A stretch of DNA of 63,711 nucleotides, counting the filler, from Octopus bimaculoides (Eukaryota): NCBI RefSeq assembly GCF_001194135.2. It is 5 parts of 5 records of this genome, joined end to end, with 100 filler letters (N's around TTAATTAATTAA, not from the genome) between each part and the next. Parts side by side here need not be neighbours in the genome. Positions count along the whole stretch, not along the records: positions 26,029 to 44,026 come from NC_068984.1; 4 more parts are not named here. One strand, given 5' to 3'. Made by a program: the position numbers and the translations under genes. The notes beneath the pieces were generated by a model. It ran no database searches and had not been told where the DNA came from. It worked only from the letters and a program-made list of their open reading frames with translations. Numbering within the stretch: the first letter of the stretch is position 1; the number at the start of each line of letters is the position of its first letter. Positions 26,818-39,548 of this stretch are shown one piece after another.

Positions 26818-29609
26818 NNNNNNNNNNNNNNNNNNNNNNNNNNNNNNNNNNNNNNNNNNNNNNNNNNNNNNNNNNNNNNNNNNNNNNNNNNNNNNNNNNN
26901 NNNNNNNNNNNNNNNNNNNNNNNNNNNNNNNNNNNNNNNNNNNNNNNNNNNNNNNNNNNNNNNNNNNNNNNNNNNNNNNNNNNNNNNNNNNNNNNNNNNN
27001 NNNNNNNNNNNNNNNNNNNNNNNNNNNNNNNNNNNNNNNNNNNNATTGCGTCTATCACCTACCGTCTGACTTTGTTCTATTTGATTGGGCGCCTTTCTTT
27101 GCTGAACGTTTTTCCTTGTACATACTTGCTTTGTATTTTTTCCATTGTTCATGCAACTGTTTTGCCAAGGTTCATTCTTCTGTGCTCTTCTAGCACACAC
27201 CTACTCCGTCTACATCACTTTTATTCGACCGCTTCTGGTCTGATGGGTGGGGGCTCTGTAGGCACAGTTACCTCCCCTGACCGTGGCTGCCTAATTAGCT
27301 GGCCAATAGAGGGCACACGCAACATTAAGGTTCAGACACTCACCTCTTCGTCTTTTTATATCGAGACACCAGACTGTGAAGACGTGACCTAATTGATTCT
27401 CTTCGAACGCGGCGACTAGCAGATAGGAGGCAACGCACAGGAGAAGATCATGGCCTCCACGCATCAAACCATTTCCATTTATCATTCAGCTTGTAAATAT
27501 ATATATATGTGAGGCCAACATTAAAGGTATTTAAAATTACAGCCTTGTTCTATGTATTTCTTTGTACCGTGTTCCTACCAAATAATGTTACAGCCTTCTG
27601 AGTAGAATCATATTTAGATGGTTCCACACCCATGATACAAGCAGACTATCTAAAGATGTATTGTGACTAAGAAGTTGTAAGGACATTGACAACGTCACTG
27701 TTTTGTTGCAGCTCGATCAAGGTTCGGCAAAAAATAGTAAAGGCGGACGAGGTTTTGGTCTTTTTTTTTATTCATGTAAGTAATAATACGAGATGTTATA
27801 CAATAAATCAAAACAGGGAGAGCACAAACGTTTGTAGGCCAAATTGATAGAAGCAGCTCCCCTCAGTTTGTCTCTCCGATGATTCGGTAGCCTCACTGAA
27901 ATGTGATTGATAGTGTTCAAAATAAATGGAAGCGTAAAATACACATTATAACATGGTTCGTGTTGACAGATCCACTAACTAACCAACATTTTGGATCTGT
28001 AACTTCAGGATGTGCTGATGCATAGTGTACCGAGCCATGAACTGAAAGGCTGACAACAGAAAAATAAAAAATAAATGTTTTCCACGGTTTTTACAGCCTA
28101 CATGCAGTCACTAGTACCAACCGGGTTGAGGTAGTAAGTATGGTAGAAGACAAAGACTGCAAATACATGGTACGCAGCTTCGCTTAAGCACCTCGCTTTT
28201 TTTCATTCATAAGCGAGACATCAATAGAGTTTAGCAATAGAGTTAATATTCACCCCAGAAGTGATTTAATTACTTGATATAGAAAAAAAAAAATTTCCCA
28301 AATAACCTTATCAAAAGCAAATGTTCTTTGTTTCATGCATAATTAATATGAAATAACCTGATTTAAAGACTTTGGGAAGTAGTTCTTCTTTGATTACTGA
28401 TGCTAGGATAGGAAAGGAACTTATTCTGAATATCGTGATATATTTTGTATTTCGGGGTCCTTCCATTGTCTGTTCCCTGAGAGTAGGATATCATGTTCTT
28501 ATCATACGCCTTATTTCTTGCTAATCACCATTTCCTAGCCCTCCATGTTCATGTCTTCTTTGAAAATATGTTGTAGTAAATTAATCATAAAACAGACCAA
28601 AACTGATAGTCTGCAGCTATTTAATGAACGTGCATTGCTTGGACTTCGTTGGCCACGGATAGCACAGATATATCCCTTTCCCAAAGCAGAAACAGCTGTG
28701 GTATGGAATTGGGACCACTATTGGATAGTTAAAGAACCCATTTTTCCAGTAACATGTTTCCAGTCGAGAAAGTTTGTCATAGTGAATGCTTGATAAAGTG
28801 CTGCTTTGATTTGCCGTGAAAATTTCAGTAAGAAAAACAATATACTGTGGTGTTTGGTGTGCTGTACTCATGGAAGTGATTTACAAAAATCCGGATTGAA
28901 ATTTCAATAACTTGAGCCAAACAATGTTTTGAAAACTTTCTGATAGTATTTATTTCTTTGGTTGTTACTTATGTCTAAAGGAGAAGGAACTCGAATCTGC
29001 GAAAACATTAATGTCTTACAAACATCAATTTCAGCACTGAAAAGCTTCGTTTATTTCAAACGAGAGGTTTCTCGATTCCTGGCCAAAATGCAGCTTGACT
29101 CTTTGTTCCTTGTTCTCGGTCACAATGGGATTACCTTTGTCACTATTTTTGTCTTCTAAATCTACTGAATTAGAATCTGTTTACTCATTAACATTATCAA
29201 AATGTCAAATTCTACAGGTTCTAACACACTGAAGACCTTTGGATTTGAAGAAGGTTCAATATCTTCAGTAGCATATCGGATCCACTGAAAACGATCAATA
29301 GACTGTTTATAAATGATTGTTTAAAAAACGACAAAAGGTCAGCTAACAAAGCCACTTGGCACAGTAATATATTATTAATAAATAATAAATTAGTATTACT
29401 TATCATATTACATTATTAAATAAACATTTTTTTTACAAAGTAGTCATTTTATCTTCCACCACAAAATAGCTTAAGTCTTGTTCAGCTTAAAAAATCAGCT
29501 GTACTTTGTTTAAATATGAGGGTGGCTCAGACAGATCTATAACGAAAATCATTTATGCTTTAAGTGATCTCTGCATATTCACTGCAGTAGGTTGTCTACA
29601 GAGAAAAGG

Positions 29610-29830
29610 ATCTACAACCGTGAGAAAACAATTCTTACTTTCGTTTGTTAAAACTCCCGGTGGGTCAATTTTTATAATTGACTCACTCGACAGCTGTACT
29701 CTTCCTTCGCCGGACAACAGGTGTTCAGCATAAGCCCACATTCCAGATATCTCCGGACACTGAACAATAGCGTGAAGGACGGTTTCCCTGTCTCCCCCGA
29801 ATTTTGGACAGGTCGTTCAAGCAGTCTTTG
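29610..29830 (-). mobile_element. L1-Tx1 ORF2 C-terminal zinc-binding segment
   Basis: TTCPKFGGDRETVLHAIVQCPEISGMWAYAEHLLSGEGRVQLSSESIIKIDPPG, a degenerate CxxC..ETxxH..C motif. Confidence 0.7.
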
Positions 29831-31205
29831 ATTGAGGATTTTCACTCGAAAATTTTCCCGAAAATTGGAGGGTTGGTCAATAAAGATTCGTTGTGGCAAC
29901 CCTCTCCAGCTCATCTGTCTCTACATCTATAGTAGTGCATTAAAGTAAAATGTAAGAAACAAGAACAAACTATGTCAATTAGAGAGAGAAAATATAACAA
30001 CTGAACTGGCCGAGAAATAACAGAAACAGTAATAATTGCAGTGCGAAAGACACATATTAGCTATTCTACTACTACTACTACTACTACTACGACAACAACA
30101 ATTATCCCGCGTCATTTGGTAGCTTCACTTCTTTGAGGCCAATAAGCTTGTGACCCAGAGAAGGGAAGAAAGAAGAGAACACGTGAAATAAAACCGAATA
30201 CAAGTTAACTGACCAACTTTAAGCACCCAACCAGAACGACTGACCTAAACAAAATTTACGACTCCGGAACAATCAACAATCTCATTACAAACAAGATGCA
30301 GTGTCAGATCGCAGTTGGCGCGACAAAAGTTTTGACACAACTAATAAACGTTTAAGTGAAGTTAACAGTCTTTGTGTGTCATTGAATGGCTGATATTGTA
30401 TGAGCCTTTTCCGCTGCAATTGTTTTAGTTTCAATGCACGGTCTTAGATCAAATCTCTTCCGGTAAATAAAAGTAGAATCTTCATGTTTACAAGGTGGAA
30501 AACTGGCCAAGACACGGCTTCACTGCACAGAAATAATTATAAAAAGGCGGCAAAATTCGTGCTCGTAGATAATAACAATGAAAATAAATAAGACAGTTGT
30601 GAACTAGTAGGGTAACTTCACAAAGGTATAAGTAAAATGAGCAGTACTAATCGGAGCATAATTAACGTACCGTGCTCGTTGATCTATTGAAAAATGACTG
30701 ATTGTACTTGATATATATGGAAAACGACAGAATGTAGAAAAGCAGAAAAACTTTAAACAAGATGCTACCCAAAATAAAAGAGCAAAAATAAGATAAGATA
30801 TTATCTTCACTGCTTATCTGCTGATTCCCGTTTTACAAACTGATGCGGAAGAAATACGCTACTGTGAAAAATTAGTGATGTTATATGTGGAAATTGAGCA
30901 AAATATGACAAGGTTACACTAATATTAAATTTTGTGAGCCCGATCAAGATTCAGGTAAGGCTATTGGGAGCCCTGGTTTTCCTTGGACTGGCACCGCCAC
31001 TGAGTGACTGTGGAAACTGGTGATGGTATGTGTTAGCAACAGTTAGTCAATAAAAAAAATCTTGATAAGTCGCTTTGAAGTGTGGGAAATCTAATATATT
31101 GGACCTTGCTCTTCCTCTTAAATTGATAGAGAGAGAAAGAGTAGTATTGCCCCGTGGGATATAGGCAAGAAATCCGAGAAATCAAGATGAAGGGTGTAGC
31201 AAGAT

Positions 31206-31700
31206 TTGAAACCGAATTTGGTCTCCCTCCACGTAGCGAATGGGAATAGTGGATCCCACACTTCTTCCCTGAAACGGAAGATCGAGCTGTTCGAATCTAC
31301 CCCAACGACTGCTCATCTCAGGTCGGTTATCAGCTCAACTCCGAGCAATGGTCGACCACCTAACTTAAAGACGGCTGTTAGTGCCAAATTCAACGAATTT
31401 GACATTAATGGGGCTGTTCACCTTCTTTCCTCTCTGTCCTATTTTGTCCCGTGTACCACAGACTCCTACAAACAACTGAAGGGGAAACATCCCCCGGCCC
31501 CACCAGATGATCACCTACACTAGCCCGACCCACCAAGTTTTCCATAACCCATCTTCACCCCTGACAATGTCAGGAGGGCAATTGCTTGTTTTCCAGCAGG
31601 TTCTGGCGCGGGAATCGCAGCTCAAGGATGGTATCCCCCTGTCAGCAGGTGATGCTGGGCTCAAATTCTTGGAGAACCTAACACAGTTCATAAACTTGTT
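31206..31700 (+). mobile_element. CRE-like non-LTR retrotransposon fragment (pre-RT region)
   Basis: AVSAKFNEFDINGAVHLLSS...LKGKHPPAP, TPDNVRRAIACFPAGSGAG and QLKDGIPLSAGDAGLKFLENLTQFINLL occur in three successive frames. Confidence 0.7.
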
Positions 31701-32123
31701 ATGTCCGTGTTGCTCACTCCAGCTGTTTTCAAAGCGACAATCTAGACACGTTTTGCTTTCGACGCCACGCTTGTTTACAAACCTGTTATAGACGAACGAA
31801 ACAAAAGACATATGCAAATTTGTATGTTAGATGTAGACAATATTACCCGAACCGATATTCTTCAGGAAGAGTTTTAAACATGGGCAAATCTTTCTGGGAC
31901 ACCCTGCACATACATACATACATACATACATACATACATACATACATACATACATACATACACACACACATACATACACACATACATACATACATACATA
32001 TCTACTACTATTAATTAAAATAATACACGTTTACTGTGAACTTCCTGTAGCACATGCGCAATGATATACAGTAACCTGCCTGAGTTAGCTGAAGCATTCC
32101 TGCACATATGTGCTCCAACAAAT

Positions 32124-32560
32124 TTCTTTCCTCATAACTTTCAGAAATTGGATATTTTTTAACGAAAGGTTCTACAAATACACTTCAGATGATGTAAATT
32201 CGGATTATATTGGAATTTGTCGTAATTATAAATCTTTCGTTAGAAAATGTGATTAGTCTGAGTATATATGTGTGCTATCCCGCCAATTTTAATTTGCCAA
32301 TTAAATTCTGATATAATCGTTGTCTACATATTCTGAAAGGTATTTGTCGAAATCTTCATTTAAAAGTATTTCTCTTTTTTTTTAAGTTATGAGGAAACAA
32401 AGCTGACCCAAATGAATTTTCTGAATCTCCCTCCCCACAATTTCGAATACATTGTTTTCACTACTAACTTAGATATGATCGGAATCTACACCATCTGTAG
32501 CATATTTGTAGAACATTTCATTGAAAAATATCCATTTTTGTAGAAGTTATGACGAAAGAA
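32124..32560. mobile_element. Inverted-repeat (MITE-like) element with ~87-bp diverged arms
   Basis: TTCTTTCCTCATAACTTTCAGAAATTGGATATTTTT..GTTCTACAAATA..CAGATGATGTAAATTCGGATTATAT is matched in reverse by 32473-32560. Confidence 0.7.
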
Positions 32561-32752
32561 AATCCTTTGGGACACATTTTTGTATGTATATTCATTGCTT
32601 TACGCATGTATATACATATATGTATGAGCCAACGAGAAAACCTCTATATGGCAGCTAGACCTTATAGAAACAGCATCCCAGTTTCCTCCAAATCTAAGTA
32701 AGTGGCTGGAGTTAGCTACAACATACTTCGTATATGTGCCCCAGCGAATTTC

Positions 32753-32988
32753 TTTCGCCATTATTGTGGTTTCTCAGCATTACATACCCACCAGGGTTGA
32801 ACTTAAGTCACCTAGCCAGTCCATGGCATGCCCAGAAATTGCATATAAGTCCACGACTTATATGCAAATTCCGGGCATGCCAGCACATAGTGTTACAAGC
32901 CATGGGCATATAAATCGTGGACTGGCTGTGTGACTTGCCTTCGACCTTGGCGGGATCTTGATGTTGAGAAGCTGGATTAATGGCGAAA
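32753..32988. mobile_element. Fold-back element with nested near-perfect hairpin
   Basis: ~70-bp imperfect outer arms (TTTCGCCATTA...AAGTCACCTAGCCAGTCCA and TGGACTGGCTGTGTGACTT...TAATGGCGAAA) enclose a 27-bp stem at 32825-32881. Confidence 0.7.
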
Positions 32989-33087
32989 CATCGGTGTCCA
33001 TGACTTTGAAGTGTTTTAAGACCCGGCGCTTTGAGAGTGTGTGTACTCTATCACGCTATTGCAGCCACCGGAAAATACACGAAGCAT

Positions 33088-33260
33088 CACTAGCGTAGCT
33101 AGAGTGTGTGCTACCTTTCCGTTTGCTGCCTCCGGACGCCATAAAGAACACACAATGCTTACAGCAGACCCCAAAGTGCCGCCCCTTAAAAAGTATCGCT
33201 CCATAAAAAGGGTCACTCCTTTAAAAGTGCCGCCCCTGCCGCTCCCTAGTTACGCTAGTG
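33088..33260. mobile_element. hAT-like MITE
   Basis: 15-bp TIRs CACTAGCGTAGCTAG and CTAGTTACGCTAGTG, 8-bp TSD CGAAGCAT/CAAAGCAT (1 mismatch), and two subterminal AAAGTGCCGCCCCT motifs. Confidence 0.8.
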
Positions 33261-33556
33261 CAAAGCATATACATTAAGTATATGTTGTTAATAATCTATC
33301 TATCTATCTACCTATCTAGACTGCTGGTTAACAGCCCAGTCAAGATGGTATTCTCTTCATCTCCTACTCTTGTATTTGTACACATTTACAAAATGGCTTT
33401 CTGAAATGAACTTCCATTATGCAGCTGTGGAGTACATTTTCATTGCACATCTTATGTGGTGTTCTCACTACATAAATAAATGAAGCTTGTACGAAACGTA
33501 CGTACTGCTATAACCTAATACATTTTTGTTGCTTTTCTTCAAATATATATATATAC

Positions 33557-33588
<32 letters not shown>

Positions 33589-33940
33589 GATTGAAAAGGA
33601 ACATACGAGTTGATATGTATAAGGAAAATAAGACAAGGTAGAAAATGCTAAAATAATTTTATCGTGAAGAACATTTTAGTACCGGTTTCAGTCTTTGTGA
33701 CATTTTCAACTTAGAGTAAAGCATGAAAAGCAATCAAATTGTAGAAAAATTAAATGAAATGTTTTTAAAAAATATTTCCATAATTTTCAAATGCAAGGGA
33801 CATTTTCTTTTTTTCTTTCTGTCTCTGTCTCTTGTTTTTACTCATCTGGGTCCTAGGTAGTTAGTAGCAGCTAGTTTGATATGAATTCTTGTCTTTGATT
33901 GTTTAAGCAGCAGTAGTAGTAGAGAAAGGAGGTGGCGGAG

Positions 33941-34084
33941 AAGAAGAAGAAGAAGAAGAAGAAGAAGAAGAAGAAGAAGAAGAAGAAGAAGAAGAAGAAG
34001 AAGAAGAAGAAGAAGAAGAAGAAGAAGAAGAAGAAGAAGAAGAAGAAGAAGAAGAAGAAGAAGAAGAAGAAGAAGAAGAAGAAG
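33941..34084. repeat. (GAA)n microsatellite
   Basis: Long uninterrupted GAA run. Confidence 0.97.
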
Positions 34085-35475
34085 AGTGCGGGAGTGGTAT
34101 GACAGTAGCAGGATGTTTTTTTTTATAATAGTTTACTACATAAAGATCACTAACTGCCTACTCTGAGTAATTACTGACGGTACGTGCCTGGTATGTATGT
34201 ATTTATGTATGTATGTATGTATGTATGTATGTATTGGTAGTAAGGTTTATTGTGATCAAGTAGACAATGATCAACAACAAAAAAAAAGAAGAGACAATGC
34301 ACATGAAAATATATTTATAAACTATTCGGTATTGGAATTGGTAAGTCCAATCGCGGCTCGTATATAGGCACTGCGGAACTGCAGCTACGCCTATTTCCAC
34401 TCGATATTATCGATAACATTCAATATAATGAATCCTTTTTTCTTTAATTCTTTCTTTATACTTGTACATCATATAATCCTTAAGCTTAATGTCAGTAGCC
34501 ATCCCCTAGTTTATGAAAATCACAGCTCCAGCGACGCGGTGTTTGGCTGTTGTGCGCATGCTCACATGTCCAAGATAGGAGGCTTCACGCTAGGGAGAGA
34601 CAGCACTGTCGTTCACGCAATGCCGGTGAAAGGTAGTGTTTCTTTTTGACTCAGCGTGTGTTGTGCTTAAAAGTGTGTTTATATTCTAGAGTGTGATAAA
34701 GTGTAGAATTAGATTATTATCCTGCTTCCAGCTTCAGTATTGCTGCCAAGATTTGAAAAATAGGGCAGATTCCCCCCACCCCACCTTATTTTGTGATTTA
34801 GGGGTTGATTTATTAAAAACAAGTGGGTATTCGCGGCGGTGTTCAGTGAACAAATTAAACACACTACCTGGCAGTGGCTAAAACGCGAACCGATCAAGTT
34901 AATGTATAAATATTCTTTTTATATGTTTGTTCCCTTTTACACAATATTAAAACGACGGCTAAAAATTTTCTTAAGCAGCACCTCAACTAATTTTATCTAC
35001 GAGCCGCCACTGAGTAAGTCATTTCTTATTCGGTCTGACATGTCTTATGACTTGATTCAGTTAAAAAGTGAGCAATTCCGCTCTGCTGTGGCGAAAGCAA
35101 ACTGCGGAGAGATTTGGAGAGAGAGCAAATTGTTAAGTGAGAGAAACCATCTTGTAGCTGAAAGAACTGAGAAAGGAAACATTCTTCGTTTTGACATTTT
35201 ATAAGCGAAATAGCTGTCAACAATTGGTCCAAATTTAGCGGGATTTCTAAAATGTCATTTGAATAGGGTTGCGGTATCCTATTTTGGTGGGAAAGCACCA
35301 AAATTGATAAAGGACAATATAAATAACAGAGGAAAAATCAAATGTTGATGCAAAATTAGAAACAGGACTGAACGATACAAATGGCGAGTGGGCCCAAAGA
35401 CCAATGGAAACATGCCACGTACGTATTCCTAATGTGAAAATGGATGTTCGTCTGCATGAGGAATCAGTAAGACAT

Positions 35476-36860
35476 TATAGGAAATTTGGTTATACACCAT
35501 TAGGTGTACACCCGCTTTCCTATATTAAATTCTAAATAAACAACGAAACGCTGACTCCGAACTATCAACACAACAATATTTATTTATTGTGAAAATAGGC
35601 AGCAGTTATTTGTGAAGCTCTGGTGCTGACATATTAGAGAGCTCCGCTGTTGGACGTCTGCCATCGTCGCCGGCCGGCGAGAAAAAAGAAAGAATCAGGG
35701 CGCCAAACTTGGATATTGATGACTACGCATGCGCACGAGACAAGGCGTTACTACAGGGCTCCCCTGCCAGTGCGGAACGCACGAAAATAGAAATTGGAGG
35801 AACGCCTGAGGCAGGATGGCCACTGAAAACCACCCACAAGATGTGGCACAAACACACACAAAGAAAAATCAAAGAAATGAATGTACACTTGTGAGATACA
35901 TGCATGCAATGTTTCTGAAAGGANNNNNNNNNNNNNNNNNNNNNNNNNNNNNNNNNNNNNNNNNNNNNNNNNNNNNNNNNNNNNNNNNNNNNNNNNNNNN
36001 NNNNNNNNNNNNNNNNNNNNNNNNNNNNNNNNNNNNNNNNNNNNNNNNNNNNNNNNNNNNNNNNNNNNNNNNNNNNNNNNNNNNNNNNNNNNNNNNNNNN
36101 NNNNNNNNNNNNNNNNNNNNNNNNNNNNNNNNNNNNNNNNNNNNNNNNNNNNNNNNNNNNNNNNNNNNNNNNNNNNNNNNNNNNNNNNNNNNNNNNNNNN
36201 NNNNNNNNNNNNNNNNNNNNNNNNNNNNNNNNNNNNNNNNNNNNNNNNNNNNNNNNNNNNNNNNNNNNNNNNNNNNNNNNNNNNNNNNNNNNNNNTGCTG
36301 GCGCACGACATTGTGGTAGACAGTACATTGATGGTGAAGACGTCGGCGCTGGAACTGGCTATAGCTGTGTTCTGTATGTGTGTGGTGATAATGATGTCAT
36401 GTTGACGCTGTTGGCGACGTCGGGGCGATGCTTGTAGTTCGTCGTGGTTGTTGATGGCGACGGCGGTGTGTAGTCGTAGCTGGAGATGCTGTTGATGGAG
36501 TCGCTGTAAACTGGCTGTCATGAATTCGGTTGGTAGATCAGAATCCTCGGCTGCGGTTGAATCACGTCGGGGTCACCAATTATAGGAAATTTGGTTATAC
36601 ACCATTAGGTGTACACCCGCTTTCCTATATTAAATTCTAAATAAACAACGAAACGCTGACTCCGAACTATCAACACAACAATATTTATTTATGGTGAAAA
36701 TAGACAGCAGTTATTTGTGAAGCTCTGGTGCTGACATATTAGAGAGCTCCGCTGTTGGACGTCTGCCATCGTCGCCGGCCGGCGAGAAAAAAGAAAGAAT
36801 CAGGGCGCCAAACTTGGATATTGATGACTACGCATGCGCACGAGACAATGCGTTACTACA
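35476..36860 (-). mobile_element. Non-autonomous LTR retrotransposon (TRIM-like), structurally complete
   Basis: Two 280-bp LTRs (35476-35755, 36581-36860) with 3 differences by eye and a 4-bp TSD ACAT. PBS TGGTGACCCCGACGTGAT at 36561-36578 and PPT-like GGCAGGGGAGCCC at 35756-35768. The internal region is ~825 bp including 372 N. Confidence 0.92.
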
Positions 36861-38562
36861 ACATGTATACAAGCTGCAGTGAAGTCTACATTCGTGTACA
36901 TGCGTGTGCACGAATACGAGTGATTCTGTTTGACACAATTGATTCTGTTGTCCATTGCCTTTAAAAAACAACAGTAATAATCAAATTAATCTCTCCGCGG
37001 TCGTTCCGTTCACTCTAACGGTCAACCAAATCTTCATCTCACAATATTTCCTCCCTTAAAAATGAACAAATATACCAGACAGAGTAATTCTGAATTTGGT
37101 ACTTCAGAAAGGAAGACGAAATGGTCGCGGCTCGATTACCAGTCGAACGATGTTAATTCATCATACAGAATTGATTTCCAACAGCTTAAATGCCGTTAGC
37201 AGGAAACAGAAATCCATAAAAATAACAGTGTATTCTAAAATACAGCAACACAAACACCATTTACAGAAACGTCACACAAATACATGACGTTAGGAAATCA
37301 ATACAGACATAAAGGATAAAAATAAAAAATACCGTTTTTTCCTCCCTTCCCAACATCTCATGTCTTTTTGAAACTGAAACTCATGACCGAGCATAACATG
37401 CATGTGAGAATATAAATATTTTTGCAGGAAATATTTTTACTACTTCAACCCCCATTTACACTCAGATCAAGTTTTTAGTGCGGATGTTTAAACGGAGATA
37501 TAATATAACTGAAAAGATAGATCTGTGTCTAGTCTTTTCGTTTACTACCTATGTACCATATGACTGTTGGATGTGGGGGGATGACTTGACGCGCCATGCG
37601 AGTAATAAATTATTCCAGAAATGTAATTCTCAATATACACAATAGCTCTGTATTAAATATGGAATAAATTCAGTGCGTAACACTCAGACACAAAGCCCAT
37701 TATTGTTAACTTTCACCTGTCGATTAAGCTATACTGATTTCATGATTGAATGGCCAACTACAGTGGTTCGGCACGAACAGGTTTATAAAGACCATCCTAG
37801 TTTTGTGGATTCATGAAAATATCATAACAAAAGAAACAAATGTGCGACATAGTTGATAAGAATGATGGAAGTGTTTCGTTGAATAATAAACCAAAAGATT
37901 ATTTTACAATTATTAAATAGTAAAAGACAGAATATTTCTTTGAAATAACACACAGCGTTTGGCAGAACTCATGAAAAACGGATTGCAAGGAGAAGTGCTA
38001 GCGGACACATACGATCGGCTAAGTTTGAAAAAACAAGATCTTATCAAAGAAATAGTCCTTTATCCAAAACTTCGAGTACGCTTTGAATAAAGAGTTTGCA
38101 ACAAAAAGACTCTTAAAATCAGAATTGCACATGCTTCAATTTCATCTTGATATAAATTCAAGTTCTCGTAGCACTTCTGGAAAGTCATGTAAGAAGTGTC
38201 CTCTCAGCTGCTTTCGCATTCGGTAAATGCAATGGAGAGCACTCACTATTTAGAGTAAAGCTATCTATTGGAAGTTGAAGCTTCATAATATCTCATACCG
38301 AATTTTTCGTTGCCACTTTGTAGATGATTATGAAAAATGGTATATGAAATTCCATGTGTAGTGTGTATACTTTACAATAGTTGAATAAGAAATGAATATA
38401 TACTTGGCTTAACTCCGACATTCAATCAAATTAGTTGCGAAAACGCATTCACTAAGTTAACAAAGTAAAAATTTTATACACTCCATAAATGAAACACTCG
38501 AAATATTTTAATGATAATGAGCATCGAAAAATTTATTTACATATAGACCATATAAATCATCA

Positions 38563-38745
38563 GTCTATGAATTGTGCAGATCACGAATTTATGACCTGTG
38601 TAGATCACAGCTTATGAATTGTAGAGATCAAGAATTTATGAACTGTACAGATTATTATTATTATGGACTGTACAAATCAGTTCACGAACGGTACAGATCA
38701 AAAATTTATGGACCTTGAGGGTCACGAATTTATAGACCGTGCAGA
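38563..38745. repeat. Degenerate ~22-24-bp minisatellite
   Basis: Repeated units like GAATTTATGAACTGTACAGATCAC. Confidence 0.65.
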
Positions 38746-39548
38746 GTACCAGTATATGTGTCACAGATAATGTCACACATTTAAAGAAAGGAGTGTACTC
38801 GTTCAAATCTATTTTCAGCACTTGACTCGCGTTTATTTTATCAAGAAGAAAGGGAAAAAGGCAGAATAGACTTCGGTGAGATTTGAATTCAGATCGTGAT
38901 AAGACAGAACTATATGTAACGAATAGCTTCCTAAATTTTAAGCCAGGATCCAAAACCGAAACTACATTTTTCTAGAAGTTCTTTCCTATTGTTCAAGGCT
39001 TTTGCACTAAGAAACTCACGAGTGTCTATTGTTAACCTGTCTATTGTTAACCTTTCGACTGAAACTTTGGCCAGGGCAAATAGGAAATAGAAAATCCTCT
39101 GTTTGACATGACCTAATTTAGAAAATATATAAACACGAAACCCCAAATCGGTTCTCTCTCTTTGGTTGCTTGGTACCTAGCCGAAGAACACTTCATGTAT
39201 GACCTGTCATCGCACGACGACACAACTTACTCCCTTTCTACTTGTCTAAATTCTCTTACTTTATCTCTCTCCTTTTCCATTTTCTCTTCTAGTAGCCAAC
39301 AAAAGATGAAGTTAACTACCTAGAGAACGAATAACAGAACGGCAAATAATCTGTCTAACAACTCGAAGGAGTATCTTATATTGTAACGATGATAATAACA
39401 ATAAAACGGCCATTTCAAGTTGATAATATTTTTCCTCCTCTCATTTATCTGCTACATATAAGTCGTTATACGTCGCAAGGCATTTTGACTGCTGCCTTAC
39501 AGATTCTGTCATCCAATGTCTTTTAACATTGGTACGAGAAAAAATGTG

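Noticed and set aside
28500-29160. Overlapping 65-84 aa ORFs, possibly a decayed RT
   Set aside because: Only a vague IVVPIP resemblance; not enough motifs to support a call.
35751-36521. gag ORF in the LTR element interior
   Set aside because: The translation is low-complexity with no recognisable gag, zinc-knuckle or protease motif, and about half the span is N.
38563-38745. CRISPR-like or coding repeat array
   Set aside because: The units are contiguous and degenerate with no unique spacers, in a eukaryotic context; it is an ordinary minisatellite.
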